DNA of 64,000 bases. Origin: Antedon mediterranea. Taxonomy: Eukaryota; Animalia; Echinodermata. The notes beneath the pieces are model-generated. The model had not been told where the DNA came from, did not search any database, and saw nothing but the letters and a program-made list of their open reading frames with translations. The DNA is taken from the NCBI RefSeq assembly GCF_964355755.1, contig NC_092670.1:25530795-25594794 (forward strand), in the 5' to 3' direction. Positions 53,501-64,000 of this stretch are shown one piece after another. Each line of letters starts with the position of its first letter. Positions within the stretch are counted from its first letter, which is position 1. The translations under genes and the position numbers were made by a program.

Positions 53501-56500
53501 TGATTTGCTCCTGCAGCTTATCAAATGCTTTGTTTAATGTTTCAGTAATAGAAGTATCAGCTCCTGAAGCAAGTCTTCCTTCAGCTTATCAACATCTAAC
53601 TTCGGGGCCATGATTACACTTGATTTTATACAGTACCACCGGTTAACTGTTTTACATATCAGGTCACAATCACAGCTGGTAATTTCGGCCAAATTTACTA
53701 ATTTGCATAAGTGACGCAGATGTTTGGAAACCTTTTTGAAGGATTTTGATTTGCATATGGCTAGCACAGTAATAGTTAACCTTGCAGTGTTTTCAACGGC
53801 GAGCCAATGGCAATAAATGCGGTATCATGGGGGTAAAATACTCACTGCTTATTTACACCGACAGAGCATTGACCATCATCTTTAAAAGTTTACATGATAA
53901 GTCCTAGATGCTATTTACGATGATAATGAAACAATCGGGGAAAAACAAAGATAAATGTCTCTTTGAAAGGTGAAAATCGAGAGCAAAAAAGTTGTACGTG
54001 CTCACTCACCCGATGTCTCTGTTTAAAACATACATAATTCTTTTGAGTGTTTGTTTATTTACACATATCATTCCCTTCAGATCAACTATTTTTTATTTTC
54101 ATTACATCTAACCAAACACGTAAAAAATTTGGTTAAAATATCTTATCATCTAGCACGTACGTACGGCCGTACGCGCTAGATTGTTTACTCAAAAGTCTTT
54201 GAACGGTCCGATGACCTTACTCTATTCAACCTTGTTTTTGCAGTTGAGCCTCTCATGACCAGGGATTTGTATGTCTTCCTACGCTGAGATTATATAGTTC
54301 CACATGCCATGTGCTTTTTTCTCTAAGATTTATTTATTATAAGTGCCAAAAACCCTTTTTTTTTCTCGATATGAGGCCTTTATTAATATTATTGAAATTT
54401 TTTAAAGAAAAAGCACACATACCATAAAAAATATCTATGTATTTCATTTTTGGAACAGAATATTCCGTGAGGCTCAACTACAAAACCACCATTTTGTGAT
54501 ATGATGTCATCGTAAGCCAATCAAAGCTGAGCTTTCTCGTGATTGGCATTGCTCACGGTTGAATGATTTTGGATTCTGGCTGATTTGATTGGTGGATGCG
54601 AATCACCCGCAGCGGAATGTTTTCTCTTGCGCGTGTACCATGAATAGAAGTCGATCATACGGTCTCTCTGAACGTTACTACACAAAGTTAGAGCAATGAA
54701 TTTGTCCGAATTCCGTTAAAACAACTTTATATATTTTATAAGCATTTAATAACATGTTTTATTGATATTTCCAATGGTGATATATAAAATAAATTACTAA
54801 AAAACGTAATAATATGTAATTATTTTAACCAAAAATGGCGTAGTTAATAGAATTGTCGACTGAGGCCGCAAATTGTTTTACTTCTTTCGTGGCTATAAAC
54901 GATAATTTTCGGCGATGTTTTAGACCCTATATTTCGAAAAATACAAGTCAGATTTCCTAATTTTTTTTCTTTATTGTAATATGAACACAACATACTAAAG
55001 CCGATTTTCCACTAGGCGAATTTGTTCGCGCGAATCGAACGCGCCAGCTTGTACGCATGTGTATTCATGTTTACGTCTTCCAAATCCTTCTCTACGCATG
55101 CGTATTAGCTGACGCCTTCGATTCGCGCGAACAAATTCGCCTAGTGGAAAATCGGCTTAACAGAGGTTTTGTTTTAATTTTGCATCGTTATCCCATATAG
55201 ACAATATGCAATCCTAGAACATATATTGATCAGGTGTATGTACAGATAATGAAACTAATTTTGTCGGCAAATTTGCAATTCCCGCCCCCCCCCCCCCCCA
55301 ACTTCAAAATCCTGGATACGCCACTGGGCGCGTATGTTCGTTCGTGCGTCAAATAAACATGTCCGATATGCGAGGACATTTATTACATTTATTAGGTGTA
55401 ATAAGATTGTTTGGTTGAATCATTGTGGTATTAAATAATGTTAACTCCATGGTTGAATCACACATAGATTTCTTCAGTGTATGCATTTGATTAGGCGACA
55501 ACATCTGAAACCAATTCGTAGCTGCGCATTTGGCAGCTATTTCGATATCTACAACTGCTATGTGTTTTTGCTGACCGGGGGATTCCCCTTTTTTTTAAAC
55601 GCAAATCATGGACAAAAACGATATGTACGATCATTTTTCTATGACCAAATGGTGGAAACATGGAGCTATAATAGCTCAATGGTGGAACGTAGGCCTACGT
55701 CTTCGATTTACTAAAATGTGGTACCTGCACGTGTTTTGTAACACGCGGGTACTTCTATTCATATTGGCAATGAGATCATTTTTTTATGAGTATTTTTCTT
55801 ATTTCTTAATTTTTTTTAAAGAGTGGATAGTAATAATCATAATAATATTAAGCACTTTTTGCGTTCCATACTTTATTGTGGCCGAGTTGACCGATTAGTT
55901 TTTGGCCGAGTTGACGTGAGGCCGAGTTGACTTGAGGCCGACTTGACTTGGGGCCGACTTGACGTGGGGCCGACTTGACTTTGGCCAAGACGGTTTGGGG
56001 CCGACTTGACCTGCACACTTATTATTATATATATCTGCTGAATGAGCCTCTGCTGTTCAGGTAAGGTTTCAGGACGATTCGGCCCTGAGACGATTCGACC
56101 CGGGACGATTTGGCCCACTTTTGGGCCGAAACATCCACTTTGTGGGCCGAAACGTCTCACTTTAGACCAAATTTATATTAATTTTTTTTGCTATTTATCA
56201 AGTTTTTAAAGGCGTTTAACAACCCGTATTTTATTGATATTGACAATGTTGATAATAAATTACTAAAACCATAATCATTTGGTATGACACAAGCAGGTAA
56301 ATTTATGGCCCTTGGGGGGATAAACTTAAAACCTTTAGGTCAACATTTACTTAAATAATGTAGTAGATATAAACAGTATTGCAATAGTAAGTTATAAGTA
56401 GTGTATAACTATAACAAATGTTGACAAAATAAATAATACATACATGCCATTTTACTATTTCAATCGACTGTATGACCGTGACAGTTTCAACAAAGTATTA

Positions 56501-59500
56501 AATCGCAAATTTAATAAAACATGAAAACAAATTAAATTTCATTACTGAATGGATAAAGAATATATTTCAATCTTCCTCCTTCAACCCTAATGTTACATAA
56601 AACACAAATTGAGTTTCTTTAAAATATGACTCAAACTCATTCTGACAAGTTTCTCTTTCGAAAGTAATTCCCAGGGTGCAACACTAATTCATTGTGTCTA
56701 TTCGTTCCCGTGAACAACTGGTATATAGTCCTGTGGTACCCAACTATGCATTGCATACATTTGAAAATTGCCAGTTTTTTACGCTGAAGTTATGTATTCG
56801 AGAACCATCTGTGGGCACAACCTACAGTAGATGGTAAGCGAGTGTACCATCTAGTTTATAATAAATCATCTAATATTATAGACTTCAGTTTTGAGAAGAA
56901 AAACAAACAATAAAATTAGCATAAATTTATTTTACTGTTTTTACTCGACTCACATTGTTTCAAATTTGTATTCACTTTATTGTGCAACCATTTTTTAAAG
57001 TTGAAAATTATGTATCCGCAGCATTTCTTTAATGTATAAAATTTGTACACAATAATTTGCAGGTCATCAAGACCACGTAACTATGAAAGGGAACGAAAAC
57101 AAACAGCACTAGCCTCAGAACCAACATTTGAACATCCTCTTAAATTGATAACGGTCAGTACAACTTCTTTTGATATTATTGAAATTCCAGGGTTGATTAT
57201 TATTACTATTATAGATATATATACTGTAGCGCTTTTCCAAGAGACCAAAAGCTCCTGAGATGTATATCCCTTCCTAATAAGGAAAGCATTGTGGATGAAG
57301 AGAAAAATGAAGAGAAGTGAGGTGTTGATATTCTTTGCCAATTTGAATGTGATTAGCAGAATGTGTGTAACAAACAGAATAATAGCCTTGATCTTCTTTG
57401 TATCCAGTCATAAAAGAAAGTTACAGGATACAAATTAGTTTCTTTGTATAGGTATCTGAAGTAAAAGTAAAGAAGTCAACTAAATCTAGCATCAAATCTA
57501 AGTCTACTCCTCTAGCGAAGAAACCATCAATATCAGCAGACCCTCTTTCTAGTGCCCTGGATGGCACAGATCCCCTCTCTCAACTTGCAGCTTCTTCTGT
57601 CATTGATCCTCTTTCCAGAGCTGCTGCTAGTGGGTCTATTGTAAAACCCGGAAGGAAAGATTCAGTAAGTTTTACTATTTTCCTTCTTTTTTTGACAGAT
57701 GTTGTTTTAGCAAAAATAACTGTTTTTATATGATTTGTTTATCTTTGTTAACATTTAAAAGAACCATTTATTAACTTTAGGATAGAATTGTTTGGTATTT
57801 GTTTTTTTTTTAAATTATTGTTTTATCTTTGTATGAGACAAACACCATTATTTCCACTTGTTCTGTGGATGAAATAAAATTATCTTATCTATTCCCTTAA
57901 AAAAAAAATCATTTTCTTCACTATATAAAAAGATAAGGACATACTGTAGCATGTGCAAGCAACAGTAGACAATTCTGATTATGCTCTTTAAGAACTCGCC
58001 TAAAAAGTAGTCTTTTGGCTTTCCAACTAAGTTATCTTCTAAAGTTTGAAGTTAATATCTATAAGAAAAGCAACTTACTTTGAAACTTGCACGAAAAAAA
58101 AAAATAAGGCCACTGAAGACTTACAAGAAAGAAATTTATTAACTTATGTTTTCAACTTTTAATAAAGAAGATGAACTGCAAGAATGTATGATTACTCTAG
58201 ATGATATTGTACTATGACACCAAACAATTCAGAACAAATAAAAACACAAATACAAACCTTGTAAACATCAGTGTTTTCACTGAATTGCCATAGTTTTTTT
58301 TCTCTTTTGTGGTTAACCACCACCTTTATTCATTCAATCTTTCATACATATTTCGTTCACATTTCATTTTCGTACATTAAATTTCCCTTTTCTACTTTTT
58401 TCGTTATTTTCTAATTTTTACACTTTTAACCTTTATACATAGTGTTTTGATTTATATGCATACAAAAAACCATACAAATCTACACTTCATTTTGTACATG
58501 ATGTAATACATTTTAAAATACAAATATGAATGCTACTTATAGGTTACAACATGCCTAGTGTGTTTATATCTTTTAAAATATATTTAAACTGAATCCAAGG
58601 ATTCTGGATTCTAATTGCCATAGTTTGGTAAATACATTTGATCACATTAAAAATTATATTTCAACTCTGAATTATCCATTTACAATAATAGGACTGACTG
58701 AAACCTGGCTATCTGGAAATTCTGATATGAAATTATATAACCTACGTAATTATGATGTTATCCCATGTAATAGAGCAACAAGAACCGGTGGTGCAATCTA
58801 TATTAATAATGATATAAGATATAAAATTAAAGAAATGATCAATTACTTGCTGGTGGTGCGAGTGTCTTTGTTGAAACTGTCAACAATTATTAGAAATAGG
58901 AAAATAGAATATTATGACAATAAAATCAAAAGAATGTTAATAACGTTAAAAATATGTGGAAAGTAATAAATAAAGTATTATGTAGAAATAGAAAAAAAAA
59001 ATATTCTTCTTGTTCTTCATGGCTGGCTGGCATCACTGAACACGATATTATGAAAGTAAATTAGATAAGAATAAGTCATGTGGTCATGATGATATAATGA
59101 TAACATATATTGTAAGTAATTATGACCTTATTTAAAAACCAATTGCTCATATTGTTAACAAATCACTTGAGAGTTAGTGGTATATTTCTAGATCAATTAA
59201 AAAAGCGAAAACTGTGCCTGTGTATAAAAAAGGGCAATAAAGATAAGGTCAGCACTTACAGACTGATATCTATCTTACCATGTCTATCTAAGATCTATGA
59301 GAGGGTAGTGTACTATCAGACAATGTCATTTTTACTGAAATATTATGTATTTAGCGAGTCGCAATATGGGTTTAGGGAGGATTCAACCAAACAAGCACTT
59401 TTCCAAACATAGACACATTGACTAAAGAAATTGATAATAAAAAGGAATAGGGGTTCCTAGATCTGTCAAAAGCATTTGACTATGAATCATGAAATACTGC

Positions 59501-62500
59501 TTGATAAACTAAGGCATTATGGTATATGACGCATTGCTCTAGAATGGTTTAGTTAAATAATAGGAAACAATATGTAGAAATCAAAGGAGGTAAATTGGAT
59601 TACACAGAGATACCACATGGAGTGCCTCAAGGCTCGATATTGGCACCGTTATTCTTCCTATTATATGTTAATGATATGCCTGGTATATGTACACTAACAG
59701 AAACAATAATGTTCGCAGATGACACAAATGTTTTATTAGAACATGATGATATTGATACTGCATTTAATATAATGAATAATAAAATACATCACCTAAGTAT
59801 GTAGTTCAAAGCAAACATGCTTACTGTAAATGTATCAAAAACGAAATACATATTGGTTAGAGGCAAAACTAAACCAATTGATATTGGCCTAAATAAACTG
59901 AAAATAACAATGGTGTATAGAACGTGTATAAACCATACGATTTCTTGGTATTGAACTTGACCAGTTCCTGTCGTTCTCGTATCATGTAAATGACATAGCC
60001 ACCAACATTTATTTTATGATTGTTCCCTTCTAAAAAAAATCCTTCTCTATAAACTCTTATTAATAATTATTTATTAAGTAATTCAATTATCAATTGTTTT
60101 TTTTTTATTAATAATTTAATAATTATTTTAAAATGTTTAAGTTCTAGTTGTTTCGCCATTGAGAGGGGCGACCAATTTAAAGCTTGCTTACTGTGGAGTC
60201 CCTTTTCCACTTATATATTTCTTTTCTTGCATTATATTCATTATCAGGACTTTTTATATTTATTATGTTACTCTGTGTTTTGCTCTATTATTGTGGAAAT
60301 AAATGTTATTTTTATTTTATTATTAAAGTAACATTTAAATTAAACAGATCTGATATTAAAAAGTGTTTGATATTTGTTTATAGACAGATTCAGTGAAATC
60401 AAGATCTGATAGTTTAGGTGATACGTTTGAGTCTTGGAATAGCAAGAAAGTCAATATTCTTACCAAGTATACAACATCTGAAAAGCTCTCAATCACTACA
60501 GTGAGTTACAATCATTTAAAAATAATAATATTTAATGGTTTTAAAAAGGTCATACCTATGTCAATACAGTAATTATAAAATATAAATACACATATTTTTA
60601 CATATTTTTTCTTTTTACACTTACTGTAAAACAATTTTTAAAAATAAATTTTGTTTTGTTTTTTAATAGAGTTTCTTGTCACAGTCAGACAGAGAGAAGG
60701 GTAAGTCTAAAGAAGTTCAAAGTAAACTTTAATACATTTGTTATTTACATCTGTAGCTAAGTACCATTGTAAAGCTGATCTTTGCTAAAATGTTCCATTA
60801 AACATAGAAGTAGATATTTGTTTCAATCTTTTGAAATAACTTTAGCACAATACAGAAACTGAAATTCCTAGTGTCATAGACAGTGGCAACAGAAGATACA
60901 TTATTACAAGTGAGTATTTTAAAAGGACAAGCAAAGCAGGAAAGGAAATACCTTACAGTATGCTGACTAACTGATATTTATAAAAAATAAAAATATATTA
61001 TTTGAATTACCGTACAATATTTAAATTGATATTTACAAAGAAGCAACTTTTAAATGTTGTTTCAGTTGTGATGAAGTCACAGATTGCACAAGGTACAGTG
61101 ACAGATAAAGTGAAGAATCGCTTGGAGCAGCTTGATGATTTTGAAGAGGTACAATTCTGTTCTTATTAGAGTCCTTGCTTGTTTGATTCCTCATCAATTA
61201 AACCATATCAAATTGCTTCCTTATCAATTAAACCATACCAAATTGCCTTGTTAATAGTTTATGTAATATTCAGTCATAGACAAATGAATAATGGTCTAAT
61301 TAAGATTTAAATTCTATTCTTTCTGGTGCAGCATTTTCCAAAAATGTTTCCACTTCTATTGTGTGTACATTTGTCCTGTTAAGGTCACTTCGTTGGTTTA
61401 ATCTTAGTTCATTGTTTTTTTATAGGGGTCAGTTAAGGAGATGTTGAACCTGAGTCAACAAGACTATGTAAACCGTATCAATGAACTTAATGACGCCCTC
61501 ATCACATCGTGGGAACAAGACCAGAAAGTGAAGGCACTCAAAATTGCTATTCAGGTGATATTCTTTTATTACAACTTTTAACATTTTAAGATCTTCACAT
61601 ACTTAATAATGGTCTTTAAATACACTTCATTTAATTTTTTATTTGGCCTGCGCATTTTCTCAGGCAATTAAACAACAAAATGTAAAGCTACATCTGTTAT
61701 CATCAGTGTGAATAGAAAACTATTAAAATATTTCATTTCAAAGTTTTTTAACAACAGTACTATAATGTTTGTTTGTGTTTCAGTGCTCTAAGCTTCTAGC
61801 GGACACATCTGTGATTCAATTTTATCCCAGCAAGTTTGTTCTGATTACAGATATTTTAGATACTTTTGGTAGGTAGACATTATTGCCAATAGAGTATACT
61901 GCCCTCTAACAGGTGACAATATAGACCCCCCCCCCCCCCTCCCTTCTCTGACCCCAATCAATTGAACTTGACATTGTCCTTTCCAATTTAAATTAAATAT
62001 AAATGTTTATATTCTTGGAGACTTTAACATTGACATTCTTAAACATGAGTCTGACAGTACTGCCCGTCAATTCATTAATGGTATCATCCAGAATAACGCA
62101 ATCCACAGCCTCATTATTAGATAATATTGATAGTCAAATAAATTTGATTGTTCTCACATAAGTGGTTTGCTATAAGTGATATCTCTGATCATCTCCCTGT
62201 TTTTAATATTTCCAACCTCTTTGATGCTGTAGCCACTATCTCAAACAAGGAAGAGATCCCTTCTGTCAGGCAGATTAACAATACGTCTCTTAACAACTTT
62301 ACCATGATGTTTCTAATGAAACTTGGTTTGATATCCTTAATTTTAATGATCCTGACTTTGCTTATGACCTCTTTGATAACACACTTAAAGCCCTTTATGA
62401 CCAACACTTCCCGTTACTGAAAAGGAACAATACAAACAATAATAACAAAATTAAATCTTGGATGTCAAATGGTCTGCTCTAATCAATAAAGCATAAACAT

Positions 62501-63946
62501 AAACTCTATGCTAAATTTCTTCAAAGCCTTTCTCCTGCCAATGAAATTAAATATAAACAATATTGTAATAAACTTAACTTCACTATCAAAAATGCCAAAA
62601 GAATCCACTTCCATGATATTTTCACCAAGAAAACAAAATATTCAAACTCTTTTTGACACCTTTAATACCAACATTATTTTACCTGTGTCCCAGTACTTTG
62701 CAGCTAACAAACTCTCCCTCAATTATTAAAAATGTAGCTACATCCTATTTGGAACCCCACAGTTGACTAGAGGTATTAATGTGTTCCCACTTAAAATCTT
62801 TATTGATAATCATGAAATCCTCTCTGTAAAGTCTATTAAATTTCTTGGTGTTAGCATTGACAACTGCCTCTCATGGAAACCCCATATCCAGGAAACTGAG
62901 ATCAAGGTTTCTAAGAACTTAAGATCATTTCTACCTTCCTCCCAACTAATATTCTCAGAACCCTTTATTGCACTCTCATTCTTCCTTATTTGAGCTATGG
63001 TAATATTGTCTGGGCAAACACTTACCCAACAAACATCAATAAACTCTCTATTCTACAAAAAAAAAGCTATATCTATATATAGACTATATCTGGCACTCAT
63101 GCACTTTTGAATTCCTCCCCATTTATTTTCCAAACTCGATCTTCTCAAACTCTCGGACATTAACCTATCCCAGCAAGGTGTTTTTGTTTTTTTGGCTACT
63201 CGCTCCATTCTCCCTTACCATCTCAATGACTTATTCGCTCCCAATAATACCGTTCATAAATATGACACTAGAAATAACATGTATATCCAAACCACAACAC
63301 AAACTATTTTCAACACAGCATTAAATATTCTAAACCACTCAGTTTTTTAGAATGTTGGTGTTGTGAAAAAAAGAATGTTTATTTCAGATTTGAACTCCCT
63401 AAATTCAGTTGCCAAGCATCTTCTTAACCACATATTTAAAAGAGTTCAATTTACTTTTTAAAGGCAAGCTTGTATACGATAGGATCCGCCGCAAGTCTAC
63501 CTATCAGCCATCTGGTAGCAGTATTCCTCAGATGTTGCCAGAGAAGTTCACACCAGATCAAGTGCCAGATTCAGCTAAAGAAACTTGTCGTAATTGGTTC
63601 TTTAAAATTGCCTCAATTAGAGAGCTCATACCCAGATTGTATCCTTTAATAATTCTTATTTTACAATTTGTTAAATAGATTGACTGCTTCTTTTTATTTT
63701 AATCTTAATTTTATTCTTAAAACAATAGTAATTTTTGGAACTGCTAAACTTGATATACTGTACGGTAAGATTACTCTTAGGGGAGGAGCATGTATTTTCA
63801 ATAATGATAATCTTGTCCATGATATTGTGTAAGCCGTTAAATAAATAAATATGCTTTACCAAAGTTTCTGTAAAATGTTTCCTCAACTCTCTTTTAAGAT
63901 ATGTTGAAGTGGCAATTATGAAATGCTATGGTTTTTTAACAACTGG
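41548..63946 (+). CDS. VPS35L: VPS35 endosomal protein-sorting factor-like (Retriever subunit, C16orf62); 3'-partial, continues past the window
   Basis: Exons 41548-41564 (MANYEW), 57063-57153, 57452-57664, 60384-60500, 60670-60700, 61066-61148, 61426-61554, 61784-61868, 63464-63638 and 63899-63946 join in frame. Motifs [89 protein letters not shown] and [25 protein letters not shown]. Confidence 0.95.
42413..45467. mobile_element. Helentron-like element nested in the Mutator-like element
   Basis: Starts AAACTAGATTT with the hairpin AATTCGTCA-cta-TGACGAATT and ends with the hairpin AGGTTATATGCAT-gata-ATGCATATAACCT. 44820-45370 is homologous to 1-500. It contains a tRNA-like A/B-box segment on the minus strand at ~42758-42825. 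Confidence 0.5.
43032..44615. mobile_element. Kolobok-like non-autonomous element
   Basis: TTAA|AGGGGGATTCTGGGTTTAAAAT ... ATTTTAAACCCGGAACCCCCCT|TTAA. Confidence 0.8.
46573..47621. mobile_element. hAT-like non-autonomous element
   Basis: TIR CAGG(C/G)CCGTAGCCAGG with the flanking direct repeat TCATG; the interior at 47240-47335 matches 14875-14972 inverted. Confidence 0.7.
48200..48968. repeat. ~385-bp direct tandem duplication
   Basis: 48200-48585 and 48586-48968 are near-identical, including an inserted retroposon tail. Confidence 0.9.
49575..54020 (-). mobile_element. Near-full-length but disrupted CR1/L2-group LINE (ORF1 plus APE endonuclease-RT ORF2)
   Basis: ORF1 pieces [23 protein letters not shown]; endonuclease [22 protein letters not shown]; RT motifs [37 protein letters not shown]; C-terminal [15 protein letters not shown]; poly(A) tail seen as a T run at 49575-49598. 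Many frameshifts and an internal deletion. Confidence 0.93.
52657..53203. mobile_element. Kolobok-like MITE inserted in LINE ORF1
   Basis: TIR AGATGTATTGTCCCTT with a TTAA TSD on both sides. Removing it restores ORF1 as ..VYISEDL|[12 protein letters not shown].. Confidence 0.9.
54999..55157. mobile_element. PIF/Harbinger-like (Tourist) MITE
   Basis: ~41-bp perfect TIR AGCCGATTTTCCACTAGGCGAATTTGTTCGCGCGAATCGAA, TAA TSD. Confidence 0.88.
58600..60010 (+). mobile_element. Decayed LINE (L2/CR1-group) ORF2 fragment in VPS35L intron 3
   Basis: [47 protein letters not shown] and FADDT lie in broken frames. Confidence 0.85.
61960..63320 (+). mobile_element. Decayed, internally deleted LINE fragment in VPS35L intron 8
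   Basis: [28 protein letters not shown] and [18 protein letters not shown]; the RT core is missing. Confidence 0.8.
63639..63898 (+). other. U12-type (minor spliceosome) GT-AG intron in VPS35L
   Basis: 5' site GTATCCTTT, branch-like TTTCCTCAAC at 63878-63887 close to the AG. The flanking exons join as ELIPRL|YVE. Confidence 0.88.
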
Positions 63947-64000
63947 GTAAGAATATTTTTTAATGAAAAATTGTGATTGTGTAGTTTTTGCTGCAAAGAA

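Larger units (their letters stand above)
49436..55326. mobile_element. hAT-like non-autonomous element, expanded by later insertions
   Basis: TIR CAGTGGCGTATCCAG / CTGGATACGCCACTG, 8-bp TSD GGCGCGTA (49428-49435 / 55327-55334). Confidence 0.88.
49008..56011. mobile_element. Outer long-TIR (foldback/Mutator-like) element of nest 2
   Basis: ~180-bp inverted arms with 15-bp subterminal repeats GCCTCAAGTCAACTC (49010-49185 versus 55850-56010). No clear TSD. Confidence 0.65.

Noticed and set aside
49567-54040. Possible LINE TSD ACATAATT at both ends
   Set aside because: The match is short and AT-rich and the 5' end of the LINE is not precisely defined, so it could be chance.

Overview
AT-rich, intron-containing animal genomic DNA. 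It looks like an invertebrate deuterostome, possibly an echinoderm, but that is inference. Five spliced protein-coding genes can be rebuilt by hand from GT-AG boundaries: two convergent alpha-2,8-sialyltransferase (ST8Sia/GT29) paralogues (1255-2777 +, 5' exon not found in the window; 2880-5742 -), mitochondrial enoyl-CoA delta isomerase ECI1 (18187-25902 +), sirtuin SIRT7 (29021-35318 -) and the 5' part of VPS35L/C16orf62 (41548 to the window end, +), which has a U12-type intron. Most entries in the ORF track are spurious or come from repeats. The rest of the window is dense with mostly non-autonomous transposons (Academ-, P-, Harbinger-, Kolobok-, hAT-, Mutator- and Helentron-like) and decayed LINEs, some nested four deep. 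Most notable: (1) a 5.9-kb palindromic foldback element built from a 97-bp hairpin satellite has inserted, with a target-site duplication, into what was a ~275-bp head-to-head SIRT7/VPS35L promoter; (2) two neighbouring genes each carry a tandem array amplified from their own coding sequence (ECI1 exon end plus splice donor x15; SIRT7 C-terminus plus stop codon x~11). No CRISPR array, rRNA or genuine tRNA was found, and I see no new enzymatic system. All coordinates and copy counts were read by eye.
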